Positions 10,037-20,990 are shown, numbered from the stretch's first letter. The stretch is 64,000 nucleotides of DNA from Thermodesulfobacteriota bacterium (GCA_965215275.1 OZ244044.1:352001-416000); one strand, 5' to 3'. Numbers and translations are program-made. The notes: generated by a model from the sequence alone, not told the origin.

Positions 10037-11152
10037 TTATTTATTAGGTAAGGGAGTGGGAGCTTCTACCTGCTGCATCAGGTCGTTGTTCCACTTACCT
10101 CTAACTCTGACGTGTGCAACTGCACCTAACATGAAGGCCTCTATTAAGTTATGCGAAAGATAAGCATACAGGCCCGGCTGTCTGAACTTATAGGTAAATA
10201 CCCCGGCGGAACCGGCGGCGATCACCCAGCTCTCGATGTTTTTCTGCGGGGTATCCGCTATGTTGCCCCTTTCCCAGACGTAGTCCCCGTGCCCACCTAT
10301 CAGATGAGGGTAAGATTGCCTGTTGGCCTGAGAATGTACAAATAACACGGTTTCCCCTACTTCAGCGGTAAGAGCGTTCTTACCCGTTAACGCTCCTTTT
10401 TTCTCACCAAAGACGACGTGAGTTGGGATCAGGCCCTGCATTACCTGCAGGTCTTCCGCCAGAGAGGCTATGGGGTTCGGATACCTTTTGTAATTCCCGT
10501 TTTTATCTCTGGGAAGGTAATAATCCTGTTCACCAATATAATAAGCTCTGTCGTATCGTAGTAAATTGCCTTTATCGTCCTTTAAACCATCTCTTGGCAG
10601 TACTAAAACGGCTCCGTTCATGCCATGAACCACGTGCCAGGGAACCATTATCCCACCCGGAGCACAGTGATAGATAAAGGCACCGACCTTGGTTGCTTTC
10701 CAGCGCAGGACCACTTTTTCGCCCGGATTGACGAGAGTGAGCTCTCCACCACCCAAAGCACCCGTAGAGGCATGAAAATCTATATTGTGCGGGAGCATAT
10801 TGGTTTTTGGATTAACTAAGGTCAGTTCAATATAATCTCCTTCGTGAGCGACTATTATGGGACCCGGCACGCTTCCATTGTAGGTAAAGGCCCACATATA
10901 AACACCTGGTTCAACTTCGATCTCTTTTTCCTCTATGACCATTTCCACTTGTATGATCCTGGGTTTGCCTTGTGCAATCTGATCATGTTTTGGCAGAAAG
11001 GGAGGAGCTACTAGGTCCAGCTTTACTTTTTTCAATCCTTTAATATCGGCCTGCTGACCAACTTTATAGCCCTTTAGTCCACCTTCCGCGTTAACACATG
11101 AAGCAGATACTGTGAAGAATCCCAAAACAAGAAGCAAATAGATCATTTTCAT
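10037..11152 (-). CDS. nirK: Copper-containing nitrite reductase
   Basis: HNIDFHA, YHCAP..M...HV.HGM.G, HLIGGHGD and HNLIEA Cu-ligand motifs. Signal peptide; AGGAGG SD before ATG 11152. Confidence 0.95.
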   Translation of the reverse strand: MKMIYLLLVLGFFTVSASCVNAEGGLKGYKVGQQADIKGLKKVKLDLVAPPFLPKHDQIAQGKPRIIQVEMVIEEKEIEVEPGVYMWAFTYNGSVPGPIIVAHEGDYIELTLVNPKTNMLPHNIDFHASTGALGGGELTLVNPGEKVVLRWKATKVGAFIYHCAPGGIMVPWHVVHGMNGAVLVLPRDGLKDDKGNLLRYDRAYYIGEQDYYLPRDKNGNYKRYPNPIASLAEDLQVMQGLIPTHVVFGEKKGALTGKNALTAEVGETVLFVHSQANRQSYPHLIGGHGDYVWERGNIADTPQKNIESWVIAAGSAGVFTYKFRQPGLYAYLSHNLIEAFMLGAVAHVRVRGKWNNDLMQQVEAPTPLPNK

Positions 11153-11581
11153 GACAAAATCCTCCTTGAAAATAATAAAATTCAACTCAATCTCGGAAGT
11201 GAACGACTTAATCCCTTGTTAGGTAAGTCCAAAGGTAAGTTTTTTATAATACTACGTTCTTCTGTCAAATTTGAGATAAATATTGCTTGACGATCAAGGA
11301 GTTGGTACATGTAGGGAATTATAGTGCGGTTTGATCGGTAGGTAAAGAAAAATTGAAAAATTAACGCAGCAAGAAATTGTATTCCAAGATATGAAAAATG
11401 AAGTTAGGAAGGAAATGGATATCTTTTATATGATTTGTTATGTTATTTTTGATACATATCATCTGACCCGGAATGAACTGGGTTCACCTATGAGAATATT
11501 TAATTTATTCAATGGTAAACAACAATATCAACATACTCCAATTAATTTTGGCCAAAAAACTATACAAGTTAGGAAGTAACA

Positions 11582-14158
11582 ATGATAAAAATCAAACTTT
11601 TTTACAGTTATAACCATACAGATGAGAAACATAGAGACGAGCTAGAAAAACATCTTTCAACACTAAAAGATGAAGGAAAAATTGATCAGTGGCACGATAG
11701 GAAAATAACGGCGGGATCTAATATTCATCAAGCGATAGATGATAATATGGAAACCGCTCATATAATTTTGTTGCTACTTAGTGCTGATTTTATAAGTTCT
11801 CCTGAATGTCAAAAAGAAATTAAAAAGGCTTTTAAATTAAAAGAAGAAAAAAATATTACGCTAATTCCAATCATTGTAAGACCTTGTTCATGGAAAGATA
11901 TCAATGGCGGTAAACTTAAAAGACTTTTAGCACTCCCACGCGATGGAAAATCTGTAACAGAATGGGATGATAAAGACTCTGCTTGGCTAAATGTATATGA
12001 GGAATTAAAAAAAGTGATTGAAAAAGTGGAAAAGGAAATTAAACCAACCATTAAAGATGAGTTTAAAGTAAAAGAACTATTGTATAACCCAATCACACAA
12101 GACCCATTGGACAAATTATTTATTTATCCTGATCTTTCAGATTCAGAAAATGACAAGACTCTAAATATAGAAAACAATGAAGTTAGTTCTAAAGAATTAA
12201 ACAACTTAAATACTTTTAGTTCTCCTTATGTTCTTATTGATGGTGAAGAACAAAGCGGAAAAACCTCATTATGTAATATGCTGTTTTTGAATTACCTGGA
12301 CTCGGGATTTCATCCCATACTAATTAAGGGTAATAAAATTACTGGTAACGGAGACATTCCAAAAATTACTGATTTTAATTACAGAAATCAATATGATTCT
12401 AATAATAATTATAGTGACATAAGTCAAGAAAAAAGAATTTTATTTATTGATGATATTGATGAACATAAATTAAAAGATAAACATTTTAATGCTTTCATTT
12501 TATCAATTCACAAATATTTTGATAAGGCCATTATTTTTATTCACACACTATCCGACCTATGTAACAAAATCTCAAAGCACAATTATTTTTTCTATTTTAA
12601 ACATTTTTCTATTAAATCTTTTGGACACAAAAAAAGGGATGAACTTATTAAAAGGTGTATATCCATTGATGAAGGAATGGAATTTGACATTGAAAATCCT
12701 GAGCAACTGGAAAGGCGAGATAAAAACACTAAAAATGTCGATACTATTATTGGAACTAATATTGTCCCAAGTTACCCGTTTTTTATTATTACTATTTTTC
12801 ACACTTTTGAATCTGCAACAAACCAGAATTTATCACAAACATCCTACGGACATTGCTACTATGCAATGATAACAATGCAACTATGTAAATCTGGAATTAA
12901 ACCCAAAGATGTAGATTCATACTTTAATTTTCTTACAAGACTTGCCTACTTAATGTTTTATAAAGAATCAAAAACCATTTCTGAAAATGAGTTGGAAGAA
13001 TTTAGAGCAACTTATAGTGAAGAATTTGTTGCTTCGCAGAACTTTGTTAAAAAACTCGCGGAGGTAAACATCTTAAAAGTAAAAGAAGGCACGTATAGCT
13101 TCGGATATATATACATATATTACTATTTCGTTGCCAAATATATTGCAGGGAAAATTGCAAAAGATGATTTAATAAAGCAAAAGTTTCTATCTTTGATGTC
13201 TGACATTCATCTGAAAGATAACGCCAATATTGTCATTTTTGTTACTCATCATATAAAAGATAAAGATGTGCTGGACGATATTATATTGAGTGCTATGGAG
13301 ATATTTGATAAATTCCCTGAGGCAACACTCTCGGGTGATGAAAAGAATTTTATTGAAGAAATAAATAAAATGTTAAGACTTCATCAGCTACCTCCAACTA
13401 AACATGACCCAGAAAAAGAAAGAGATAAAACTCTAATAATTAAAGATAGTATAGAACCAATTGTTAATAAGCATAGAGAACAACAGGAATATAATGAAAA
13501 CAAGTCGTTAGTTGAAATTAGAAAAGCAGCAAAAAGCATAGAAATTATTGGTCAAATCTTGAAAAATCAATACGGTTCATTGGAAAAAAATACTCTAAAA
13601 TTTTTATTTTTAGAAGGACAAAATGTTGGTTTGAGATTGTTGAAAAGTTTTATGGAAATTATGTTACAAGAAAAAGATAAATTAGAAGAAATTGTTAGAT
13701 CTGACTTGGAAAAAACATATAAAAAAGAGAAGAATTTAACAAGTGAACAAATCAATCATAAATCTAAGAAAATTATCAATATGTTTTCTTATTTTGTTAT
13801 TTTTGGATGGTTACACAAAATCGTTAATTCTTTAGGATACAATGAACTTATTAAAATAGCTGATGAAGTCAATTCAGAAAACAAAACAGTTGCTTCTCAA
13901 CTAATTAATCTATATATCAATACTTGGTACACAAAGAAACTAAATTTCAAAAAAATAAAGTCTCTGCATGGAGATTTTAAAAAAGATAAGAACAATCAAG
14001 CTATATATATTCTCAAAGACATAGTTTCTCACTATATTTATATGCATCCAGTCAAATTTAGCGATAAGCAGAAAATTGCAGAACTTTTAGGATTCTCCGT
14101 GCAAAATCAAGTATCAAGACAACAAAAATTTGGATTAATACCAAAAAAGAATAGTTAA
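11582..14158 (+). CDS. TIR domain fused to a STAND-type P-loop NTPase (putative NLR-like anti-phage protein)
   Basis: N-terminal TIR (FYSY.H.D, LSADFISS.EC..E, IPII.RPC.W), Walker A GEEQSGKT, Walker B LFIDD, helical C-terminus. Low GC. Confidence 0.8.
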   Translation: MIKIKLFYSYNHTDEKHRDELEKHLSTLKDEGKIDQWHDRKITAGSNIHQAIDDNMETAHIILLLLSADFISSPECQKEIKKAFKLKEEKNITLIPIIVRPCSWKDINGGKLKRLLALPRDGKSVTEWDDKDSAWLNVYEELKKVIEKVEKEIKPTIKDEFKVKELLYNPITQDPLDKLFIYPDLSDSENDKTLNIENNEVSSKELNNLNTFSSPYVLIDGEEQSGKTSLCNMLFLNYLDSGFHPILIKGNKITGNGDIPKITDFNYRNQYDSNNNYSDISQEKRILFIDDIDEHKLKDKHFNAFILSIHKYFDKAIIFIHTLSDLCNKISKHNYFFYFKHFSIKSFGHKKRDELIKRCISIDEGMEFDIENPEQLERRDKNTKNVDTIIGTNIVPSYPFFIITIFHTFESATNQNLSQTSYGHCYYAMITMQLCKSGIKPKDVDSYFNFLTRLAYLMFYKESKTISENELEEFRATYSEEFVASQNFVKKLAEVNILKVKEGTYSFGYIYIYYYFVAKYIAGKIAKDDLIKQKFLSLMSDIHLKDNANIVIFVTHHIKDKDVLDDIILSAMEIFDKFPEATLSGDEKNFIEEINKMLRLHQLPPTKHDPEKERDKTLIIKDSIEPIVNKHREQQEYNENKSLVEIRKAAKSIEIIGQILKNQYGSLEKNTLKFLFLEGQNVGLRLLKSFMEIMLQEKDKLEEIVRSDLEKTYKKEKNLTSEQINHKSKKIINMFSYFVIFGWLHKIVNSLGYNELIKIADEVNSENKTVASQLINLYINTWYTKKLNFKKIKSLHGDFKKDKNNQAIYILKDIVSHYIYMHPVKFSDKQKIAELLGFSVQNQVSRQQKFGLIPKKNS

Positions 14159-14246
14159 ACTTACAGAAAAATTCATAATTAACAGAAAATTTTTCTACAG
14201 CCTAAGATGACCAATATATCAAATATTGTGGAATCAATCCGTAAGA

Positions 14247-14432
14247 TTAGACATAAAAACGATTGGAAACTGATGTAGAATCTGAGGTAGTAACTTCTAT
14301 ATTTTCAACTTTTCTCTTTGACAAATTGTATGACAAATCTATCAAACTTTTTAAGTTGGGAGACAAGTACTTTTCCATTTTGGCAAGCAGTTCCTCCAGT
14401 TGAAATTCTATATTCTTGTTCTTTTTATCCAT
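14247..14432 (-). CDS. Small hypothetical protein
   Basis: 61-aa ORF with an AGGGGG SD. Confidence 0.45.
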   Translation of the reverse strand: MDKKNKNIEFQLEELLAKMEKYLSPNLKSLIDLSYNLSKRKVENIEVTTSDSTSVSNRFYV

Positions 14433-14572
14433 GTTTATAACCCCCTAAAAGTAATTCATCTATTATATATTGCGTGTTAATCAAAATCTTTAAACATATA
14501 ACTTATAAAATATTCCTCGCTGAATGGTTTCACCAATAACTCTTATTCTTTCCATGAACTAATCAAGGGAAT

Positions 14573-15976
14573 TCATAAGCCAGCCATATACAAATCAGCA
14601 AAAGGTTTGGTTAGTTCCTGCTTAATAGCCGCTATTTTATCATTGAAATCCTGCCCTTCCATTTCTTCATTATCAATTGGAAATTTATTCAAGGCAAACA
14701 AACATTCATCATCAGGGTTTTTCTTTACACGTACCTCCAACCACTTGAGAATATCTGCACTATGAGTGGCAATAACAACGTTCACCCCTCCTTTTGCCAG
14801 TTCAAACAAAGTCTCAGCCATGATCACCTGCCAAGACGGGTGCAAGTGTGCTTCTGGTTCATCAATGAAAAGAAAAGAACCTTTATCTATGACTTTGCGT
14901 TCAATAAGTAAGGCAAGTATACCGAGATTAACAACTCCCATAGCAGCCAGATGCAACGAAAAACTGCGTCCATTTTCCTGAAAACTTAACTCACCAATTT
15001 CAGAAATTGTAAGTTTTCCACCTATAACTTCTTTTGAAGTTAATTTTTCATACAACTCAGAAAAAGCTACATCCCCAGAATATTCCTCTTTCAGTGCTTC
15101 CGCCAAATCGTAAAAGTAACCTGGCACTCCAGTTAATCTTTGCCTTTCTGAAGATGAATAATAAAAACGGGGATTTATTCTACTGTTTTCCAATGCGGAT
15201 TTTAACTTCCAATATATGGGCGATTCAAGATATATGACTTTGGAATAATCCTGGAGTTGCCTAAGTCCAGTCCTTTCAATATTACAACGAACAAGATCAC
15301 CGTTTTGAAACTCAAATGTGCCAACATTATCAATAACGATTTTGGAAGCATCTTCTTTCCGCATTCTCATAGATGAGAAACTCGCCACTTGAAAATTGTC
15401 GATTAAATTCCCATAGACCTTGTTTTGTATGCCGTTTATAACGAATTCCTCAGCATTTGTTTTTTGGATTTCTTCATATAGTCGACCCAATTCCCTCTCT
15501 AAATCCTCTATGTCTCTTTTTATAACATCATTTTGCTCTGATAAAGGCCGCCATTGAACATCTTCTTTAAATTTTTCACACAGCTTCTTCAAACTGACCA
15601 CAGAAGTGCGAATCTTGGGTAGCTGTTCGTCAATTTCCTCAAAATCATCAATGGAACATGACTTAATTAGTTCCTCCATCTTTTTTATCTCGTCATTGAA
15701 AACAGACAATGAAAAATCGTTGCTCTTGTTATTCCATGTTCCCAATCTATCCAGACTGTACCGCAAAGGAGCTACTAAATCGTTAAAACATACTAAAGCA
15801 TGATCAGCATTCATACCGTCAAACAGCGAATACAGTAATTTTGATATGGTACTTTTGCTCGTATTGTTTGGTCCTGCAAATACAGTAAACTGCCCGATAC
15901 GAATTTCTGCATCAGACAATTTACCAAAATTTTCCACTTTGAGATTGAATGGCATTTTTTCTAAAAACAGTCTCAA
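14573..15976 (-). CDS. AAA_15/AAA_21-type ABC-like ATPase (defence-associated family)
   Basis: FAGPNNTSKST (variant Walker A), IDEPEAHLHP.WQ and IATHS. The start may be ATG 15955. Confidence 0.82.
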   Translation of the reverse strand: MRLFLEKMPFNLKVENFGKLSDAEIRIGQFTVFAGPNNTSKSTISKLLYSLFDGMNADHALVCFNDLVAPLRYSLDRLGTWNNKSNDFSLSVFNDEIKKMEELIKSCSIDDFEEIDEQLPKIRTSVVSLKKLCEKFKEDVQWRPLSEQNDVIKRDIEDLERELGRLYEEIQKTNAEEFVINGIQNKVYGNLIDNFQVASFSSMRMRKEDASKIVIDNVGTFEFQNGDLVRCNIERTGLRQLQDYSKVIYLESPIYWKLKSALENSRINPRFYYSSSERQRLTGVPGYFYDLAEALKEEYSGDVAFSELYEKLTSKEVIGGKLTISEIGELSFQENGRSFSLHLAAMGVVNLGILALLIERKVIDKGSFLFIDEPEAHLHPSWQVIMAETLFELAKGGVNVVIATHSADILKWLEVRVKKNPDDECLFALNKFPIDNEEMEGQDFNDKIAAIKQELTKPFADLYMAGL

Positions 15977-16062
15977 TATAACGGTGTATTACGATAATGG
16001 GACTCTCTATACAAATTGGCAAAAATAAAGATATTAGAATCAACGCAGAAATGACCGTTCAT
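15973..16062 (-). pseudogene. Truncated PIN-domain (DUF4411-like) gene stub
   Basis: ATG overlaps the ImmA stop. Translates MNGHFCVDSNIFIFANLY..., matching PIN strand 1 (x-x-D-x-N-I-F-I); stop after 29 codons. Confidence 0.55.
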
Positions 16063-17192
16063 AACCTTTTTTCTAATTCTTTGACTTGAGGTACGAGCTT
16101 TAGATCAAAGGATTTGCACAATCTATGCAAACCTATCTCTTCGTTGTAGTAAGCCTGAAAAAGTGCCTTAGTATAAATTTGCCCAAATTGATCAAAAGCC
16201 TCTTTCGCTCTATCTCTCGACGGTCCGCTCTCTTTCTTCTTTAGCTGATCTTGCATATTCGAGTATTCTATTTTCAGTTCTTTCTCAAATTCCAAATACT
16301 CTTCCTGGCTGATAATTTGCAAAGTTTGCAATCTGACAAGACATGCATACTTGCTGACATGAAATTTGTCAGCAAGTTTTTTCATACCTCGAATGTCGCT
16401 TATTTGGCTACCGGTAACTTCTTTCAAAAAATTCTCTGCAGGCATCAACACTTCACCTGCAAATTGATCACACTCCTTTTCCACCTCTTCATCGTGGACA
16501 TTCCAACCATCTATCTCATTTTCCTTTCTAATCAAATGTCCTAATTCATGTAACAAGGTGAAAGAGTATGCCTTCTTTGCATCGGAACTATTTACGATAA
16601 TAATAGGAAGTGTTGGGTGGTATGTTGATAATCCACGAAACTCCTCTTTTGCAACATGCGACCAACCCTTGTATTTGCTGGTCATAAAAACAAAAATCCC
16701 TTTTTGTTCAAGTTTTTCTTTCCAATCTGGAAATTCAAGGTTTTTGTCAACTCCCAGCCAGCTCCTAATCTTTTCTGCGTATTCTTTGTCCTTAAGGTTT
16801 GTTAATGGTTCAGGGGGCAAAAACGGAGATACAGGTTCATCCAAGTCCATCTGTATCTCAAGTATCAGACTGCGAAAGCGTTCCACTCGTGCTACGAGAC
16901 CACGCACTTTCCAGTTGGAAAATCTTGCAGGTCGTTTTACAAATTTGCGAAATACCGGTACGGATTTAGCAAAATCATATTTTTCCGGCAGTTTCTCTGA
17001 AACAAAGACCCACCGTGGTACTTTATATAATTCAGATAAGGTATCCAGCTGCTTGAAAGTTGGGTACTTTTCTCCCGCTTCAATATCTTTTATAAGAGGT
17101 ACTTTTTTTTCAACATGGTCAATATCCAGTGCCATCTGCTCACGGCACCTACACAATATATCAATGTTGACATTTTTAACTCTTATACTCAT
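16059..17192 (-). CDS. XRE-HTH + ImmA/IrrE family metallopeptidase
   Basis: N-terminal HTH (IEAGEKYPTFKQL), FTLLHELGH zinc motif and E.ECDQFAGEVLMP. Confidence 0.88.
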   Translation of the reverse strand: MSIRVKNVNIDILCRCREQMALDIDHVEKKVPLIKDIEAGEKYPTFKQLDTLSELYKVPRWVFVSEKLPEKYDFAKSVPVFRKFVKRPARFSNWKVRGLVARVERFRSLILEIQMDLDEPVSPFLPPEPLTNLKDKEYAEKIRSWLGVDKNLEFPDWKEKLEQKGIFVFMTSKYKGWSHVAKEEFRGLSTYHPTLPIIIVNSSDAKKAYSFTLLHELGHLIRKENEIDGWNVHDEEVEKECDQFAGEVLMPAENFLKEVTGSQISDIRGMKKLADKFHVSKYACLVRLQTLQIISQEEYLEFEKELKIEYSNMQDQLKKKESGPSRDRAKEAFDQFGQIYTKALFQAYYNEEIGLHRLCKSFDLKLVPQVKELEKRL

Positions 17193-17462
17193 AAAACTAT
17201 TCTCACTCTCCTCGCTAGAGATATGATTTCATAAGAGAGATGAAGTGCATCTTTTATTGCTCAGTCATTTTGCAAGGTCTATCTTTTCGGTAATTCTATC
17301 TTTAAAAATTACACTGTCCGCCATGCATTTACGAATATCTTTGCCCAAGATATCTGGAAGTGATTCAGCTATGTCTAAATCAGTGGATAAATCATTGAAG
17401 GCGATCTTCAGTTTTGCATCTCTATATTGGTATGATCTAATACGTCACTCCAAAAAGACCTG

Positions 17463-17651
17463 CTACTTTATACAAATCGTGTTTGTTGTCAGTGGATTTT
17501 CCGGACTAGGGGGTGGAACTTCTACATAAACTTCACGTTGAAATATTGGTAACTTGTAGATCTCACTGACTTCCAAATATTGCTGATATAACTTTTTAAC
17601 TTCTTCCAGTGTTACCAGATAGTCATCCGAATTTTTCTGAACAGTTGACAT
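17463..17651 (-). CDS. Small hypothetical protein
   Basis: 62-aa ORF with a GAGGAGG SD. Confidence 0.5.
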   Translation of the reverse strand: MSTVQKNSDDYLVTLEEVKKLYQQYLEVSEIYKLPIFQREVYVEVPPPSPENPLTTNTICIK

Positions 17652-17835
17652 AACAACCTCCTCGGAACTATTTTAAAAACAAAACAATAATACTAATTTT
17701 AATCAATACATCTATATTAGCAATTACATCATTAACATTATTTGTCTAAGCCTATATGTACCATCTCGAGCTGAATTGACAACCCCTTAAAAAAGCTAAA
17801 TAATACTCAAAACCATCCCACACTGGAGAAAATAG

Positions 17836-19539
17836 TTGAGCAGGAAAAAAGAAGCTAACGATACGAACACCAGAAAATACTCCTCACTGGTCGTGGAAGG
17901 AGCAGATAAAGCTCCCAACAGGTCAATGTTAAGGGCGGTGGGTTTCAAAAAGGGGGATTTTAAAAAACCCGTTATTGGAATCGCCTCAACGTGGAGCATG
18001 GTCACCCCGTGCAATATGCACATAGACAAGCTTGCTCTTTATGCTTCAAAAGGTGCAGACAGAGCGGGTGGAAAGTCAATAATATTTAACACCATAACGG
18101 TATCGGACGGCATATCGATGGGAACTCCCGGAATGAGATATTCGCTCGTATCAAGGGAAGTAATAGCAGACTCTATCGAGACCGTTTCCGGAGCGGAAGG
18201 ATTTGACGGTCTGGTGGCGATCGGGGGATGTGATAAAAACATGCCGGGCTGTCTGATCGCACTTGCAAGGCTCAACAGACCTGCCGTTTTCGTTTACGGC
18301 GGAACGATAATGCCTGGGAATTATAATGGAAAGAACGTGGACATAGTATCGGTATTCGAAGCCGTAGGCTCCCATGCAAACAAAGAGATATCAGACGCAC
18401 AGCTGAACAAGATAGAGTCCTGTGCCATTCCAGGACCGGGATCATGTGGAGGGATGTACACGGCAAACACAATGGCTTCCGCCATTGAAGCCCTAGGCAT
18501 GAGCCTGCCGAACAGCTCGGCACAGGCGGCCATCTCGTCTGATAAGAAAGATGACTGCATAAGTGCTGGTAAAGCCGTGCTTAATTTACTGCAAAACAAC
18601 ATAAAGCCAAGGGATATAATGACCAGAAAAGCTTATGAGAACGCCATCACAGTCGTAATAGCGCTCGGAGGTTCAACAAATGCCGTTCTTCACCTGCTGG
18701 CAATGGCAAACGCCACTGGAGTAAAACTGACAATAGACGACTTTACACGAATTGGTAAAAAAACACCCGTTCTGGCCGACCTGAAACCAAGTGGCAGTTA
18801 CATGATGAGCGATTTCTGCAAGATCGGGGGACTGACCCCTCTTCTGAAGATACTTTTAAAGAACGGCCTTTTACATGGAGATTGCATGACCGTCACCGGA
18901 CGGACCGTGGCACAGAACCTCAAAAAGACCCGAAGCTATCCAAGGGGACAGAAAATCATCCAGGCATTTAATAAACCTGTAAAAAAAGACAGCCATATAG
19001 TTATCCTCAGAGGCAATCTTGCACCCCAAGGAGCGGTTGCAAAGATATCCGGACAGGAAGGCACGAAATTCAGTGGCAAAGCGATCGTTTTTAATTCAGA
19101 AGAAGCATCCCTCAAAGCTATCCTGAGCGGCAGGGTTAAAAAAGGACACATCATAGTTATAAGGTACGAGGGGCCAAAAGGAGGTCCGGGTATGAGAGAG
19201 ATGCTAAGCCCCACGTCCGCGGTCATGGGTAAAGGACTTGGTAACGACGTTGCCCTTATAACCGACGGCAGATTTTCAGGTGGTACGCACGGCTTTGTCG
19301 TCGGACACATAACTCCCGAGGCCTTTGAAGGAGGAGCAATTGCCCTCATAAAGAACGGAGACGAGATCACGATAGACTCGACAAAAAGAGAGATCAACCT
19401 GAACGTAACCGATAAAGAACTTTCCGAGAGAATGAAAAAATGGAACCCCCCGAAACCAAAGGAAACAAGAGGGGTCCTTGCCAAGTACGCAAGGCTCGTT
19501 TCCTCGGCGTCCGAAGGTGCGGTCACGGATCAGCATTGA
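17836..19539 (+). CDS. ilvD: Dihydroxy-acid dehydratase
   Basis: [27 protein letters not shown] and TDGRFSGG motifs. Confidence 0.95.
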   Translation: MSRKKEANDTNTRKYSSLVVEGADKAPNRSMLRAVGFKKGDFKKPVIGIASTWSMVTPCNMHIDKLALYASKGADRAGGKSIIFNTITVSDGISMGTPGMRYSLVSREVIADSIETVSGAEGFDGLVAIGGCDKNMPGCLIALARLNRPAVFVYGGTIMPGNYNGKNVDIVSVFEAVGSHANKEISDAQLNKIESCAIPGPGSCGGMYTANTMASAIEALGMSLPNSSAQAAISSDKKDDCISAGKAVLNLLQNNIKPRDIMTRKAYENAITVVIALGGSTNAVLHLLAMANATGVKLTIDDFTRIGKKTPVLADLKPSGSYMMSDFCKIGGLTPLLKILLKNGLLHGDCMTVTGRTVAQNLKKTRSYPRGQKIIQAFNKPVKKDSHIVILRGNLAPQGAVAKISGQEGTKFSGKAIVFNSEEASLKAILSGRVKKGHIIVIRYEGPKGGPGMREMLSPTSAVMGKGLGNDVALITDGRFSGGTHGFVVGHITPEAFEGGAIALIKNGDEITIDSTKREINLNVTDKELSERMKKWNPPKPKETRGVLAKYARLVSSASEGAVTDQH

Positions 19540-19574
19540 AATTGAAATCCATCCTCCGGCATGTATCTTAAAAG

Positions 19575-20795
19575 ATGAGTTATCCGGAGTGTCAAGTGAG
19601 CACTATATCTGGTAAAAATGTAACGATAGGCGTTACGGGAAGCATAGCGGCGTATAAGTCATGTGAACTGGTCAGAAGCCTGATAAAAGAAGGCATATCG
19701 GTCCAGGTGGTCATGACAAAGAACGCCTGTAAGTTCATAACTCCCCTTACGCTGCAGTCCCTTTCCGGGAAAAAAGTGGCAGTAGACGCATTTGACCTGG
19801 AGTGGGAAGGAGATATCGGGCATATTCATTTAGCCGACAGTTCCGACCTTGTGGTGGTCGCCCCTGCGTCCGCTTCATTCATAGGTAAACTGGCAAACGG
19901 GATCACCGACGGACTTCTGTCAACCGTTATAACGGCGTCAACGTCCCCGGTGCTGATCTGTCCAGCGATGAACGTAAATATGTACAACAACCCTATGGTG
20001 AAGAGCAATATCAGAAAGCTGAAAAGATCCGGCATTAAGGTAATGGAACCCTATGAAGGTGACCTTGCGTGCGGATGGGAGGGACAAGGCAGACTTGCTG
20101 ACGTATCTGATATTTCAGATGAGGTCCTCAGAGCTCTGCACCCAAGTGACCTGCAGGACAAGAAAATACTCGTAACCGCCGGAGCGACCAGGGAATTCCT
20201 GGACCCGGTAAGGTTCATCTCGAACCCTTCAAGCGGCAAGATGGGCTACAGCATTGCCAGAGCTGCATGGCTCAGAGGCGCGGACGTCACCCTGATATCA
20301 GCCCATGCTGATATCCCGCACCCTTACGGCGTAAGGACCATAGAGGTCGAAAGCTCTGATGAAATGTATAAAAAAGTAATGACGAACCTGAAAAGCAGTG
20401 ATATTATCATAAAGGCGGCAGCAGTAAGTGATTATAAGCCAAAAAGCAGAAAGAACAGTAAAATAAAAAAATCCTCTGACAGCGTTTCAGTTGAGTTTAT
20501 CAGAACAAAAGACATATTAAAGGAAGTCGGGACACGGAAAAACGGTACACTTGTCGTTGGGTTTGCCGCAGAAACTGAAAATTTAGAAGCGAACTCGAAA
20601 AGAAAGCTCAGGAACAAAAAAGCCGACCTTATAGTTGCCAACGACGTCAGCCTGGATGGAGCGGGATTCGGGTCGGACACGAACACGGTGACCATAATAG
20701 ACAGTAAAGGTAAGGTAACGAAACTGCCATCAATGCTCAAAACCGACGCTGGACATAAAATACTGGATATTGTTGTAAAGAACAGCCCAGCTTGA
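19575..20795 (+). CDS. coaBC: Bifunctional phosphopantothenoylcysteine decarboxylase/ligase
   Basis: GVTGSIAAYK, PAMN..M, DPVRFISNPSSGKMG and VGFAAET motifs. Confidence 0.95.
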   Translation: MSYPECQVSTISGKNVTIGVTGSIAAYKSCELVRSLIKEGISVQVVMTKNACKFITPLTLQSLSGKKVAVDAFDLEWEGDIGHIHLADSSDLVVVAPASASFIGKLANGITDGLLSTVITASTSPVLICPAMNVNMYNNPMVKSNIRKLKRSGIKVMEPYEGDLACGWEGQGRLADVSDISDEVLRALHPSDLQDKKILVTAGATREFLDPVRFISNPSSGKMGYSIARAAWLRGADVTLISAHADIPHPYGVRTIEVESSDEMYKKVMTNLKSSDIIIKAAAVSDYKPKSRKNSKIKKSSDSVSVEFIRTKDILKEVGTRKNGTLVVGFAAETENLEANSKRKLRNKKADLIVANDVSLDGAGFGSDTNTVTIIDSKGKVTKLPSMLKTDAGHKILDIVVKNSPA

Positions 20796-20961
20796 AATCT
20801 TGATCACTTCTCACCTGGACACGGTATTTAACTCCCGTCAGTAAGGTCAAAGACGTTCTGCTCTATTTTTATGGAAGTTATATATTTAAATAAAAGGGAA
20901 TACTCCCTGCATCCTGAATATCATTATCATTGCAAGAAAGGAAGGAGAAAAAAGTTCATGC

Positions 20962-20990
20962 TTGACACTACAGTAAAGCAGAAGTAAAAT
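20962..20990 (+). promoter_or_regulatory. sigma70 promoter of S8-Ig copy 1
   Basis: TTGACA-N17-TAAAAT, 9 nt before ATG 21000; conserved in all four paralogs. Confidence 0.7.

Noticed and set aside
11283..11298. FNR/NnrR box upstream of nirK (ttgacgatcaa)
   Set aside because: Spacing does not fit TTGAT-N4-ATCAA.
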